Of a stretch of 64,000 bases of DNA, positions 37,703-48,760 are shown piece by piece. Source of the DNA: an uncultured Gammaproteobacteria bacterium (lineage in GTDB: Bacteria > Pseudomonadota > Gammaproteobacteria > JACCXJ01); contig CAVXTM010000001.1 in NCBI GenBank assembly GCA_963764725.1, forward strand, positions 64,001 through 128,000, given 5' to 3'. Both the position numbers and the translations under genes were made by a program. Below the pieces are notes generated by a model. That model did no database searches. It saw only the letters and a program-made list of their open reading frames with translations, and was not told the origin of the DNA. Every line of letters begins with the position of its first letter. Position 1 is the first letter of the stretch.

Positions 37703-38142
37703 TACGCCCATTCCCGATCCTCGGCTGCGCACCAGCGCTTTGCACAAGCTAAGCCCTCACGATGAACAAAGTGTAGCTATTGGAACGCCTGCCTTACAAA
37801 TGTCATTTCAACGTCGAGCAGTCAGAATGCGAGATAAGCTCCTACTGAGGGGTGTCATGATGTCCTGCCGCCGGATTATAGGGTCGTGGGGGCTTCTGCT
37901 GCCAGAGCTTCTCGGTCGCTCATGTAAGCATGCGAAGTTCGATTGGTTTAAAATCTAGCCTCGGTTCCGACGCCGCGAAACGACTATCATCGGCGAAGGC
38001 TCCGCCCCGGCAATGCCAGGCAACAGGCGGCACCTTCGATCCGGCCTATTAAACTACACCCTGGGCAATGACTCCGTTCTTTCGGATCTGCGGCGATTTG
38101 GCGGTCGGTTCTGGTTGAAGGTGACGTTCAGATCGGGCAGGC

Positions 38143-39162
38143 GTGCTAAAGTGTAATGTCCATCCGCTGGTTGGATTTGCGCTCGTCTTACTGTACCTCG
38201 CGGGCAACCCAATGAGCGATCCTCGCTTCCGCGCGCCGGACGTCATCCAGGCAACGGAATTGGCGGCGCTTGCCGAGCGATTAGAGGCCCACGTGCGCAG
38301 GCTGGCAGGGGAGATCGGGGAGCGCAATGTGTTCCGCTCGCAGGCGCTCCGGGCCGCGGCGGATTATCTCCGCGCGCAATGGGCGTCGCTCGGCTATCAG
38401 GTCGCGTCCCAGAGCTACGAAGCCCACGGTGTGCGCAGCGAGAACCTCGAAGTTACACTACCCGGCGTGCACAAGCCGAGCGAGATCATTCTCATCGGGG
38501 CACACTACGATTCGGTGAAAGGTAGCCCCGGAGCCAACGACAATGCCAGCGGCGTGGCAGCCCTATTGGAGCTCAGCGGCGCACTGGCTCAAGCAAAGCC
38601 GGCGCGAACGCTGCGCTTCGTCGCCTTCGTCAATGAGGAACCGCCGTTCTTCTACTGGGGCGAGATGGGCAGCAAGGTATACGCCGAGGGGGCTCGCGCC
38701 CGAGGCGACGACATACGGCTGATGATCTCCCTCGAGATGCTGGGTTACTACAGCGACGAGCAGGGCAGTCAGCGCTACCCGCCGTTGTTTGGATTCTTTT
38801 ACCCAGACCGAGCGAACTTCGTCGGCTTTGTGTCGAACTTCGACTCGCGCAGCCAACTGAAAGAGCTGGTGGCCGCCTTCCGTGCCTGCTCTGATTTTCC
38901 GGCGGAGTCGCTCGCCACCTTCGAGTTCGTGCCGGGCGTCGGCTGGAGCGACCATCGCTCCTTCTGGCGTGAAGGCTATCCGGCGGTGATGGTCACCGAT
39001 ACCGCTTTCTATCGCTATTCCCACTACCACAGTCCAACGGATACGCCCGAGAAGCTCAACTACCCCGCCATGGCACAGGTGGTGGCGGGGCTGCAGGCAG
39101 CGCTTGGCGTCTTAGCGCGGCAGTTAACAGGCGCAGGACGCGCCGGGTGCCCCACGAGGTGA
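38143..39162 (+). CDS. M28 family peptidase
   Basis: GAHYDS, GANDNASG, NEEPP, SDH, YH. Confidence 0.9.
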   Translation: MLKCNVHPLVGFALVLLYLAGNPMSDPRFRAPDVIQATELAALAERLEAHVRRLAGEIGERNVFRSQALRAAADYLRAQWASLGYQVASQSYEAHGVRSENLEVTLPGVHKPSEIILIGAHYDSVKGSPGANDNASGVAALLELSGALAQAKPARTLRFVAFVNEEPPFFYWGEMGSKVYAEGARARGDDIRLMISLEMLGYYSDEQGSQRYPPLFGFFYPDRANFVGFVSNFDSRSQLKELVAAFRACSDFPAESLATFEFVPGVGWSDHRSFWREGYPAVMVTDTAFYRYSHYHSPTDTPEKLNYPAMAQVVAGLQAALGVLARQLTGAGRAGCPTR

Positions 39163-39426
39163 GAGAACGACAACGCTGCCCCGTTCCCGCGTTGCCTTTT
39201 TGCCATATTGAACTGAAGGCACAAAACAAGATCTTACGATCCTCTTACCCTCGGCGAGTTGACCCTGGCTCACTGTCTATGGGAGCGGGCGGGCGACAGC
39301 CGAGGAAGGAATACCGCGAAATCATTGCGAGGTTTCTTGGGATTCCTTGATGACGCGTCGCGGCAACCCGCCTCTAATTTCGGCTGGAAACAACCGCCAG
39401 CGCGAATGTCCGTCAACCCAGATAAT

Positions 39427-39454
39427 AAGAGCCCGGCACAAGGCCCGGGCTCTT
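39427..39454. terminator. Hairpin terminator candidate
   Basis: AAGAGCCCGG...CCGGGCTCTT between convergent genes. Confidence 0.5.
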
Positions 39455-39482
39455 GGAACCATAAATGAGCAATCTTAACGAA

Positions 39483-39737
39483 TCACGAAACTTCTTCAGT
39501 TGCTCTCTTTGATTCTAACGGAATTGCGCCACCTTCGGTGCCGGCGGTAGACTCAATTTCAGTGGCCTCATCGGCCGTAGCCGCAGCCTCATCTCCGGCA
39601 ACAACACCGCCCTGATCGGCCCGAAGGTATTGAGCGCCCCCTTCGGGCTTAACATCGTCTTCTTTTCTCGCCCAGTGAAGCGCGTAAAGACCGATGCACG
39701 CTACTAGTACCGGAATAAGCATACCAAGCTCGTCCAT
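39483..39737 (-). CDS. Small protein, N-terminal TM plus acidic tail
   Basis: AGGAGG RBS; hydrophobic residues 5-22; Ala/Glu-rich remainder. Confidence 0.65.
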   Translation of the reverse strand: MDELGMLIPVLVACIGLYALHWARKEDDVKPEGGAQYLRADQGGVVAGDEAAATADEATEIESTAGTEGGAIPLESKRATEEVS

Positions 39738-40092
39738 AAATTCCTCCTGTATTCCCTTCTATTATTCGTCACATGCGACCCTGCTTCCCATAGCTCTCAT
39801 CACCAAAAGGAGCAAAATTATTATAGCGTAGCGCGTGTCCCTGATCTATTGCCAAAAGCGCAGGCAATGCGGCAGAAATCCCTGACGAGCGGAAGGCCCT
39901 GACAGGATTGATTGAGGTTTGCCAACCCCAATATTCCGGCAAGTGAGGAAGCCGCTCGTGGGGTCGCGTGGTCCCCGGGCGCGAAGAAAATGCGTTGCAC
40001 CATGGATGAATCGCGGGTGTAGGTTTCTCCGTTCAGCCCCCGTTGAGAAAGAGGGGTATAATCGTGATGAAGTGTCTTTGAGGGATACCGCC

Positions 40093-40815
40093 ATGAGTGG
40101 GCTATTGGACGGGAAAATCGCTCTCGTGACCGGCGTTAGCAACGACGGGCAGATCGGACAGAGTGTCGCACGGGTCTTCGCTCACAACGGTGCTGGCTTA
40201 GGGATCGCTGCACGGTCACAGCAAAACGTTGAAGCGCGTGCAAAAGAGCTTGAATCAGAAGGCGCTAGGGTGCTCGCACTTCGGGTCGATCTCACCGATG
40301 AAACCCAAGTCGGCCAGGCTGTAGAGCGCATGATCGCTCACTATGGCCGGATTCACATATTGGTCAACCTCGCGGGCGGTTTGACCCGGTACAAGTCTAC
40401 GATCGACCACACCCTCGATGACTGGAACGCTGAAATCAAAAACAATCTTCTCACCGCATTTCTTTGCTCTCGCGCGGTGTTTCCCCACATGCGGGAAAGT
40501 GGCGGCGGGTGCATCGTTAACTTCTCGCGTGCGGGGCGTCCCCAAGCCAACATGGTCGCCTACAATTGTGCGAAGGCCGCGATCGAAGCGCTCACGCAGA
40601 CGCTGGCTCTGGAAGGACGGGATGCGAAGATTCGGGTGAACGCCGTCGCACCGGGCTTAGTGGATACCGCCTCCAACCTTGCAGCCATGAAGCCAAAAGA
40701 CCTTACCAAGTGGGCCAAGCGGGATGATATCGCGCAGGCGGTGCTCTTCTTGGCCTCCGATGCTGCGAACGGTGTCACAGGACATACGCTTACGGTGGCC
40801 GGCTGGGGAATTTAG
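40093..40815 (+). CDS. SDR oxidoreductase
   Basis: ALVTGVSNDGQIG, NLAGG, YNCAK, RVNAVAPG. Confidence 0.92.
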   Translation: MSGLLDGKIALVTGVSNDGQIGQSVARVFAHNGAGLGIAARSQQNVEARAKELESEGARVLALRVDLTDETQVGQAVERMIAHYGRIHILVNLAGGLTRYKSTIDHTLDDWNAEIKNNLLTAFLCSRAVFPHMRESGGGCIVNFSRAGRPQANMVAYNCAKAAIEALTQTLALEGRDAKIRVNAVAPGLVDTASNLAAMKPKDLTKWAKRDDIAQAVLFLASDAANGVTGHTLTVAGWGI

Positions 40816-40947
40816 GTGTTCGGAGGCGAGGAAAGGGTACTGAATCCTACGACACGTACTCACATACGTGTAAGCTCGCAAAACCGTTTAAGCGACGCTG
40901 GTCTGTGGCGGCGGCGCGCGAGCAACGGATTTATTGCAACTCCTCCG

Positions 40948-41142
40948 TTAGGCGTTGAAATTGCCCCGCTTACCTGCATGCTTGCGCGTCTTGTTCATCA
41001 GGTACCCGAAACGTAAAACGACCACCAAGCTTAACGCTAGCCAACCGTATGGATAGGAGGTTACTCCGGCGAAGAAGAGCGCCACGGTGGTTGCGAGCAA
41101 CGCTCCGCTAACTAAGAATATGGGGTCGCCACGAAATTCCAT
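40948..41142 (-). CDS. Small two-TM membrane protein
   Basis: Two hydrophobic segments with a basic tail. Confidence 0.5.
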   Translation of the reverse strand: MEFRGDPIFLVSGALLATTVALFFAGVTSYPYGWLALSLVVVLRFGYLMNKTRKHAGKRGNFNA

Positions 41143-41325
41143 CTAAGCGCGTACCTGGCTAGTAAGTCGATATCAATTTGATTGGCCGCTAAGCACGCGG
41201 TCGATTTTAGCATACCTCGTGAGCAGTATCGGCAGTTCGCCTGATCGGGATTCGTCACTGATGCTAGACTATGGTCTTCATTCTCCCATCCTGAACAGTG
41301 GCCGCGCCTAGTTCAGGCTCATCTT

Positions 41326-41631
41326 GTGTGGGTGCCGCAGCGTAACCAAATCGAGCTGCACCCAGTAGATCTCGATGCCACCCTCGCGCCGGAGTATCCG
41401 GCGCGCGCGGTGTGGGCGTTTGTCGAGAGCTTGGATCTCTCGGCGCTCGACCGCGATATCAGCTCGGTGGAAGGCCGTGCGGGTCGCGCCGCGATCGACC
41501 CGCGCATACTGATCGCGCTGTGGTTGTTTGCAACGGTCGAGGGGGTGGGTAGCGCGCGGGAAATTGAGCGACTGACCGACAGCCACGACGCGTATCGGTG
41601 GATCTGCGGCGGGGTGAACGTGAACCATCAC
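41326..41631 (+). mobile_element. IS1182-family transposase N-terminal fragment
   Basis: GRAAIDPRILIALWLFAT.EGVGSAREIERL...DAYRWICGG..VNHH. Confidence 0.85.
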
Positions 41632-42305
41632 TACGGACTTCCTTAAGGAACCAGTTTTCTGCTCCCCTTTTAATTCCGATCGCTTTTCAATCGCGGCAGC
41701 GGCACAGAGGTCGCTTTCTTGGTATGCCTCGCGAGTCCGCTGAATCTCGCGCTTGTTTAGCTCGTCTAGGCCTTCGTAGAAATCCAGATTTTCTAGGTGT
41801 ACGAGGAAATGCCAAAGCGAGATCCACGAAATCAAGCCATTCTTAAACTTTAAGAGAATGGTTGCTGCTACGCTGCGGTTCATGACTGCCCCATGTCGTG
41901 GTCGTCTCGTTTTCTGGCTAGCGCGAAGTGAACCAGTTACCCAACTACCATTGAGGTGAAAACTTACTCGCGACGAGTGCTCGTCTTTGTCGATCGACAA
42001 GTTAATGAGCGACGGTGTTCGGGAACTGAGTGTTTTCATAGTTTTCTCTTTATCGGAGCGAGTGAGAGTTTCATTTCCAGGAGTTCGAAATGATGTAACG
42101 TTTCGAATTGAATTGCGGTGAAATATTTACATTTCGTTCACATCTTATTTTTCGCCATTTCTATGGCGATGTTGAATTCGGGTCCCCCAGTCTTTTGTTT
42201 CCGGTAGCGAGTGGAAACCCAGGCGCAGATTGTTGCCCCCGCCGCTTTAAAAGCGCCTGTCGGAGGAGCACACTTGCGGCAAGCATCGAGATGGTGGGCA
42301 GATCA

Positions 42306-42709
42306 ATGAACGCCATTCCTAAAGCAGTCGAAGAGAAAGAACCTGTCGGCATCTGGATTAAATTTAGACGCAGTAGGAAGATCGCAGAGGTAGACCCCCA
42401 CGCTTAAAGGTTAAAATATTGGGTTGGTCGAGAAGAGCTTTAGCGATATGGCGAGAATTGCTTGAACTCTCGGACATTTTCCGTGAGTATGGAGCCGACG
42501 TCATATCGCTCCAAGAAGCCATAGATACGACTTCCCCAGCTGGCCGCCTCTTCTACACCGTGATCGCTGCCATGGCACAGTGGGAGAGGGAGGAGATAGC
42601 AGAGCGGGTTGCCGCCTCCGTCTCCATACACGCCAAGCTGGGGAAACCCCTCGGCGGGGCCGCGCCCTTCGGGTACCAGTGGAGGGATAAGAAGCTTTTG
42701 CCCACGTGA
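42306..42709 (+). pseudogene. Large serine recombinase relic
   Basis: VGIWIK start, then [35 protein letters not shown]...GGAAPFGY; catalytic RxS segment and C-terminus lost. Confidence 0.85.
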
Positions 42710-42803
42710 TCAGTCATCGGAGCGCAGCGACGGTGTTGGTTTTTTTTCGACGCTCGATATAAATCGCGATTTCAGCCGACACTTTTTCCCTACCAGGGTT
42801 AAA

Positions 42804-43595
42804 TCATATCGAATCTGACCCCATAGGCCCCTCGTCATCAGTCTTAGCCGACCTTTCCATCCACGGTTTGATGAGGTCGATGGGCAAAGGGAAGGCGATG
42901 ATGGAACCCCGCTCGCCTGCGATCTCGGTCAAGGTCTGGAGGTAGCGGAGCTGCATGGATTGGGGATTTTTGGCGAGCGTCTGGGCGGCCTGGAGCAGCT
43001 TCTCCGAGGCCTGCAATTCCCCTTCGGCATGAATGACCTTGGCGCGCCGCTCCCGTTCCGCCTCGGCCTGCTTTGCGATCGCCCGAATCATGCTCTCATT
43101 CAGGTCGATGCGCTTGATCTCCACATTGCTGACCTTGATCCCCCAGGCCACGGTCTGTTCGTCCAAGATCCTTTGCACGTGCGCGTTGAGTCGGTCGCGT
43201 TCGACGAGCATCTCGTCGAGCTCGTGCTGACCCAACACCGAGCGCAGGGTCGTCTGAGCGAGGAGGCTGGTGGCCGCATGGAAGTCCTCGACTTGAATGA
43301 TGGCCTTTTCGGGGTCTAGCACCCGGAAGTAGATAACCGCATCCACCTTCACCGAGACGTTGTCGCGGGAGATGATGTCTTGGGTGGGCACCTCCAGGAC
43401 CACCGTCCGCAGATCGACGCGTACCATCTGCTGAATCCCGGGAACGATGATGATGAGCCCAGGACCCTTCACTGTCTGAAAGCGTCCCAGGAAAAACACC
43501 ACGCCCCGCTGGTATTCAAGCAGAACGTTGAGAACGACCCAGAGGGTCAGGAAGGCGGCAATCAAAATGGTCAACGCTACAGTCAGGCTAGTCAT
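42804..43595 (-). CDS. SPFH/band 7 (stomatin-like) protein
   Basis: [42 protein letters not shown]. Confidence 0.95.
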   Translation of the reverse strand: MTSLTVALTILIAAFLTLWVVLNVLLEYQRGVVFFLGRFQTVKGPGLIIIVPGIQQMVRVDLRTVVLEVPTQDIISRDNVSVKVDAVIYFRVLDPEKAIIQVEDFHAATSLLAQTTLRSVLGQHELDEMLVERDRLNAHVQRILDEQTVAWGIKVSNVEIKRIDLNESMIRAIAKQAEAERERRAKVIHAEGELQASEKLLQAAQTLAKNPQSMQLRYLQTLTEIAGERGSIIAFPLPIDLIKPWMERSAKTDDEGPMGSDSI

Positions 43596-43596
43596 G

Positions 43597-44970
43597 TCAA
43601 TGGTCCTCCAGTAGCGGTTCCACGATTAGAGTCAAACCTTCGATTCGGGTGACACGCACCTTTTGGCCGCGTTTTAGTGCGGCGATCGAGAATGCGTGCC
43701 AAGCCTCTCCGTGGGCCCGGACCCAGCCGGAACCGGCAAAATCCTCCACAGCTTGCCCGATGCTGCCGACCATCTCTTCGGCCCCACTCACCACGGGTCG
43801 CCGTCGTACTTTCAAGGCTTTCGCTAAGACCCCCATAAAAAACCCCGCACTAAGCAGTGCGACCCCTACGATCAAAGGGAGCGAAGGGGTATAGCCGCTG
43901 ATGTCCGGATCAAACAAGATCACGGAACCGATCACAAAGGCGATGACCCCGCCGATCCCCAGAGCGCCATAGCCGGAAGCGAATAGCTCGGCTACCATGA
44001 ACCCAATGCCGACCGCGATAAGCGCTAGCCCCGCGTAGTTGACCGGCAGGAGCTGAAACGCATACAGGGCGAGCAGCAGGCAGATGGCACCGATAACACC
44101 GGGCAGCACGTAGCCGGGATTCATGAGTTCGAAGAAGAGACCGTATGCTCCAAGCAACAGCAAGATATAGGCGATGGTGGGGTTAGTGATCACCCCGAGG
44201 AGTCGGCTGCGCCAATCCGCCTCGATAAACTCGACGCTCGCGTTGGCGGTGGTTAGCTTGCGGGTAAGCCCCTGCACCTTTACCTCGCGACCGTTTAACG
44301 CCTGCAGCAATTGGTTTAAATCCATCGCGATCAAATCAATTACCCCCTTCCGCAAGGCCTCTTCGGCCGAGAGACTCGCCCCCTCCCGCACCGCCTTTTC
44401 GGCCCATGCGGCGTTGCGTCCCCGTAGCTCGGCCAAACTTCGGATGTAGGCGACGGCATCGTTGACCAATTTCCTGGTCATGGCATCAGGCGGCGGCGCG
44501 CCCTCTTCGCCCTTGTCCTTCTCCCGCTTTTTGGTGTTCTTATCGCGCCCTTCGTCGAAGGGTTCGAAATCCGGAGCGGTGCCGATCTGCACGGGCGTCG
44601 CCGCGCCCAAGTTGGTCGCCGGTGCCATCGCCGCGACATGGGCCGCGTAAAGTATGTAGGTCCCCGCGCTGGCCGCCCTGGCGCCCGGAGGGGTTACATA
44701 GACGGCCACCGGCATCGGGGAGGCAATGATCGCCCGGATAATGTCGCGCATCGCGAGATCCAAACCGCCCGGGGTATTTAGTTGAATAACTACCAGATGG
44801 GCATTCCTCTCAGCGGCTTGGATCAATCCGCGTTGCAGATAGTCGCTGGTAGCGGGGGTGATAGCATCGTCCACCGTCAGAACAGTCACCCCATTCACGC
44901 CCTGCTTCCCTGCCACCAGCGGAACCATTGCCAGTAAGGATAAAAGCAATGCCCGTTTAATGCCGCTCAT
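43597..44970 (-). CDS. nfeD: NfeD membrane-bound serine protease
   Basis: [20 protein letters not shown] block, C-terminal OB fold. Confidence 0.93.
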   Translation of the reverse strand: MSGIKRALLLSLLAMVPLVAGKQGVNGVTVLTVDDAITPATSDYLQRGLIQAAERNAHLVVIQLNTPGGLDLAMRDIIRAIIASPMPVAVYVTPPGARAASAGTYILYAAHVAAMAPATNLGAATPVQIGTAPDFEPFDEGRDKNTKKREKDKGEEGAPPPDAMTRKLVNDAVAYIRSLAELRGRNAAWAEKAVREGASLSAEEALRKGVIDLIAMDLNQLLQALNGREVKVQGLTRKLTTANASVEFIEADWRSRLLGVITNPTIAYILLLLGAYGLFFELMNPGYVLPGVIGAICLLLALYAFQLLPVNYAGLALIAVGIGFMVAELFASGYGALGIGGVIAFVIGSVILFDPDISGYTPSLPLIVGVALLSAGFFMGVLAKALKVRRRPVVSGAEEMVGSIGQAVEDFAGSGWVRAHGEAWHAFSIAALKRGQKVRVTRIEGLTLIVEPLLEDH

Positions 44971-45094
44971 TTGAGTACTTACACCCGCTTTAACATGCGG
45001 TCTCTGCTTTTAAGCATAGTCCAAAATGGTACCTTCAGCTGTCGCCATCGGACGCTCAAACAGCCCGTGCCGGGTGCGGGTAGAAACGGATCTC

Positions 45095-45496
45095 TCAGTC
45101 CTCGCGTGCCAGCCGGGCTTCGGCAAGATCGATTTCGCGCTCGAGGCGGATCAGCACGTCGTCGCCGATCTTGTCCTCTCGCCACAGCTTGATGAGTGCA
45201 TCGCGCTGCGCGGCGGCGGCGGCGAGCCATAGTCGCGTCTCGCTGTCGAGCGAAGTCGATCCACCCGAGCGATGCAGTGAAGGACTGTTGAAGAAGCGCT
45301 TCACGGCTACGGCCTCAGGCAGCACGATCGCGAGCATCAGGTGCGGCTCGAGCTGCAAACCCGGCCAGTCCCAGTCGTGCACGAATCCGAGTCCGATTCC
45401 TGCCAGGACCAGCACGACGGGGTAGGGGACGTAAATGCGGTTTGCCAGCCAGCCGGCTGCGATCGCGCACACCATCACCAGGATGAGTGAAATCAT
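45095..45496 (-). pseudogene. CPA1 Na+/H+ antiporter with most of the gene deleted in frame
   Basis: N-terminal VPYPVVLVLAG...LEP.LML.IVLP joined to C-terminal AQRDALIKLWREDKIGDDVL.RLEREIDL. Confidence 0.8.
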
Positions 45497-45514
45497 CAGG
45501 TCCTTTCCATTGCC

Positions 45515-45577
45515 TCTCGCGCTTGCGGGAGAGCAATTTTCCTCAGACTCTCTCCCGCGGGACGCGGGGGTGAGGGC
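45515..45577. repeat. REP-like CTCTCCCGC...GCGGGAGAG doublet
   Basis: Two short GC hairpins TCTCGCGC..GCGGGAGA and TCTCCCGC..GCGGGGGTGAGGG. Confidence 0.5.
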
Positions 45578-46049
45578 ATGTGCTACCGCGTCCTAGAGGA
45601 GTCAAGGTAAGGGCAACTCAATCGGGACGCTCACAGGATCCGCGGGACCGTAGCGGAACACCAATGCTAGCCCTTCGGCACCTCCGCGAGCAGGACTCGA
45701 ACTTTGCATCGCGGCTCGCGCTGGCGGCGAGCAATCGTGGGTCCACAATCACGGGGCCAGTCGTCTATTATTTTCCAAACGAACTGCAACCAATTGGCGT
45801 AGCCCTTTCCGTCATTAGGCCTGTCACGGATCCCCGCTACGGTCGGAGGCTTTCCTCAACAAAATCAAGAGGTAAGGAGATCGTCCCATGCATTCAATCA
45901 GAGTCGCCGCGGCGATTTCCGCGAGCTGCAGCAGCTTGTTCCCGCCCAATCCGACGCCGCACCGCCCGTAGGAAGTTGAGCCTACCCGTATAATCCCGTT
46001 ATATTCGGGCCATAGAGGTCCCTATGAAGCGGGGAAAAGGCCTATTTTA

Positions 46050-46736
46050 ATGCGAAACGACAGCGCCGACTCAAAGGCATATAACCTTTTTCTGGAAGGA
46101 GACCTGGAAAAATGGGGAGAAAATCTTCCCGCCCTTGTAGAAATCAATGTGCCCGACAAAGGACTGATTTATCGCGAGGGCGATCGGTCTTCCAAGGTCT
46201 TTTGTATTATCAGTGGGGTCGTTAAGCTCTCTGTGATGACAGCACAGGGGAACGAATTGACTACGGCCCTTCTTCGGCGCGGCGAAATTTTTGGGTCTTT
46301 GCAGCCCGAGTCATTACAAGAAACAAAGGAAACAGCACAAGCGGTGGGAGAAGTAAGAGCCTATCAGATCAACCGTGACGAATTTAAGGCACTGTTATCC
46401 CAACAGCCCCGACTATCGTGGTGGTTCATCGAAGCCTTATGCACCCAGCGGCAGCGGACCGAACGCAAACTTCAAAACATCCTAACGCAGACAGTAGAGA
46501 TGCGCGTGCTCGGAACATTAAAAGAGTTGTCTGAGGTGTTCGGTGTGCGATGTCTGCACGGATATGCTTTGGAGATCCGTTTGACCCAGCAGGATCTCGC
46601 AGACTTAGTGGGTGCCAGCCGTTCGGTCGTGAGCACTGTTATGAATGAGCTCAGACGGCGCGGTATGCTCGATTACACGCGAGATCTGATTTGTATTAAT
46701 GATCCTGCGTTATCGGATCTTCGCACAGCGAGATAA
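46050..46736 (+). CDS. Crp/Fnr-family regulator
   Basis: IYREGD, G.VKLS, GEIFG, LTQQDLADLVGASR. Confidence 0.92.
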   Translation: MRNDSADSKAYNLFLEGDLEKWGENLPALVEINVPDKGLIYREGDRSSKVFCIISGVVKLSVMTAQGNELTTALLRRGEIFGSLQPESLQETKETAQAVGEVRAYQINRDEFKALLSQQPRLSWWFIEALCTQRQRTERKLQNILTQTVEMRVLGTLKELSEVFGVRCLHGYALEIRLTQQDLADLVGASRSVVSTVMNELRRRGMLDYTRDLICINDPALSDLRTAR

Positions 46737-46762
46737 AACTCTTATTGTCTCCGCTGTCTTCG

Positions 46763-46806
46763 TGTTATCCAGATAACAGACATCGTTGTTTGCCGCGCAT
46801 TAAACT
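46763..46806 (+). promoter_or_regulatory. CRP-like palindrome with -10 element
   Basis: TGTTA-TCCAGA-TAACA (46763-46778), TAAACT at 46801. Confidence 0.6.
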
Positions 46807-46841
46807 GTCGCGGTGATAATCATCTAAAAGAGGAGAGTGCC

Positions 46842-47201
46842 GTGAAAATTCTCAACCCACGTACACATGGCTATCTTGATTATGTAACTGTGATTCTATT
46901 TTTAGTCGCCCCAACGATTCTCGGGTTGACCGGAATACCCGCGATGCTTGCCTACGCCTTGGCTATCATTCATCTGGTAATGACTCTTGTCACGGATTTT
47001 CCTTTGGGGGTTGTCCCGTTCATCCCCTTCACGATCCATGGTTGGGTAGAGCGTGTGGTAGGACCGTTGCTTATTATCGTGCCCTTTGTGCTCGGCTTTT
47101 CGACTGATTTGGCGGCACGAAATTTTTATGTGGCGATCGGCGTTGTCATCGTCCTAGTCGGATTGGTCACCGATTATAAGGGGACAGAAACACAAACTTG
47201 A
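46842..47201 (+). CDS. SPW-repeat-like small membrane protein
   Basis: THGYLDY, LVTDF, HGWVE, LVTDY; GAGGAG RBS. Confidence 0.8.
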   Translation: MKILNPRTHGYLDYVTVILFLVAPTILGLTGIPAMLAYALAIIHLVMTLVTDFPLGVVPFIPFTIHGWVERVVGPLLIIVPFVLGFSTDLAARNFYVAIGVVIVLVGLVTDYKGTETQT

Positions 47202-47447
47202 ACGGGGCCAGTAGGCCTGGCGCCTCTAATCCCGATGTTGGGGACAACCTCATGGTTCAAACTCGCTCTGCGGCCCGGACGACGAATGATGCAGAAGTGC
47301 CTCCGAAGCTCGGATGATTTGGCACCGACACCGTTATCGTTGTGCTCGATAATTTCTTCTGCATGGCGGGACCGTGAGGTCTCTCCTATCCTGATTTAGG
47401 TGTGTTGCACAAGGCTGTGGCAGGGCGAAATAAGAGAAGATGACAGC

Positions 47448-47687
47448 ATGAACTCACAAATTACCGGATTGCGAGTTGCTAGTGTTGCGTTCGGTCTGAT
47501 GGCCATCGCGCAATTGGTGCGGCTAGCGATACGCCCAGAGGTACTGGTGGCCGGTCATCCGATGCCGTTGTGGCCAAGTGTGCTGGCCTTCATCATTTTG
47601 GGCGGTCTGAGTCTTTGGATGTGGAAACTCGCTCGCACGCCGAGCAAATTGAACGAATCTGGAGGGCCCGTGCGGCGTAACCCATAA
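47448..47687 (+). CDS. Small two-TM hypothetical protein
   Basis: Two hydrophobic helices; stop lies inside the downstream palindrome. Confidence 0.65.
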   Translation: MNSQITGLRVASVAFGLMAIAQLVRLAIRPEVLVAGHPMPLWPSVLAFIILGGLSLWMWKLARTPSKLNESGGPVRRNP

Positions 47688-47735
47688 GGATTAAGACGAC
47701 CCGAAGTTGTCGTTTCAATCCTTAATGGGTTAAAC
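47675..47735. other. attC-like 61-bp palindrome (non-canonical)
   Basis: GCGTAAC...GTTAAAC ends, near-perfect stem, between convergent small genes. Confidence 0.4.
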
Positions 47736-47765
47736 GGCAGCCGTGTCAGATGGAGGCACCCATGC

Positions 47766-48197
47766 CTACTCAGCGAGGTAGTGGAGCGCTGCGCGAGCCG
47801 CAATGAACCAAACAGCCAGAGTGGAGAACAAGTAAAGATAGAACCGCAGTATCACGATATTGACCGTGCAATGGACTGCGCTGTGAAGCGCGCGAAAGAC
47901 AACGAAGACCCACGCGGCACTCACGTACGTGGCATCGACCTGGCTCGTGACGAAGAGATACAGCGCGAGCGCATAGAAGATCACCGGGATCTCGAAGAGG
48001 TTCTTCAGGTTGTCCGATGGATTGGACACGGCTGGTGGGGAAAGCTGAGCGAGCGCACCGGGCACGACCAGATCCTTCTGTCTCAGCTTGTTGCCCCTGA
48101 TGAAGCTGATGCGCCGGATGTACATATAAACCCATACGAGCAGCGTAAGGAGCACCGTCGCGAACACCGGACCAAAGATCGCTGTCTGCGGCACCAT
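47766..48197 (-). CDS. MAPEG-family protein (cassette-like)
   Basis: SDNLKNLFEIPVIFY, AWVFV.FRALHS.VH. Confidence 0.9.
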   Translation of the reverse strand: MVPQTAIFGPVFATVLLTLLVWVYMYIRRISFIRGNKLRQKDLVVPGALAQLSPPAVSNPSDNLKNLFEIPVIFYALALYLFVTSQVDATYVSAAWVFVVFRALHSAVHCTVNIVILRFYLYLFSTLAVWFIAARAALHYLAE

Positions 48198-48236
48198 GTT
48201 TTCCGCCTCGGAAGTCGCGCCTCAGTGGTTGGGGCC

Positions 48237-48317
48237 GTCTAACGCGCCACATGACCCGCCGGCGAACCGCGGGCGTGAGCCCGCTCGTAGACGATCCGAT
48301 CGATGTGGAGGTTGAGC
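48237..48317 (-). other. Integron attC site
   Basis: Minus: R'' GCTCAAC, 5 nt, L'' CATCGATC ... L' GGTCATG, 6 nt, R' GTTAGAC; extra base in L''. Confidence 0.75.
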
Positions 48318-48375
48318 GGTAGTGGGTAGGGTCATCTTCCTTTGCGCTTGATACGCAACGTTACGAATGCGCCGC

Positions 48376-48760
48376 TCAATAACCGAGTGCGATGCTGAAC
48401 AATGCGGCTGCGGCAAGCGACGCTGCCGTCCGAACGTGGTTCCAGGCCGTCCAGCTAGCGACGTAGCCGGCCCACAGGCTCGTGCCGTCGGGATCGGCCG
48501 GAACAACTGATGCTAGCGCCTCGTTCTTGGGCACGTTGCAGACGATCGTCACCAACACTGTGCCGACCAGATAGAACGCGCTGGCAATGAGTAAGTAGAC
48601 AGCTTCCGGTTTGTACCATCGCAACATTGAGGCGACCAACGCAAGCAGGCACGCCGCAGCTGTGCCAAAGAACGCGCCCAGGAACCATGGATTCAGGACG
48701 GTAATGTTGATCGATTGCATGGCGGCGATACCCTCGCTGGGAGAAAGGCCAGCGCCATCG
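48376..48760 (-). pseudogene. DUF1772 (anthrone oxygenase-like), 5'-truncated
   Basis: EGIAAMQSIN..VLNPWF, NVPKNEALA, WTAWNHVRT; native N-terminus missing. Confidence 0.85.

Noticed and set aside
39220-39410. XRE-HTH fragment and possible IS end
   Set aside because: Similarity too short and degenerate to support a call
41308-42039. 243-aa ORF as an intact gene
   Set aside because: Its C-terminal ~110 aa are the antisense of the IS1182 fragment, so it is a chance fusion
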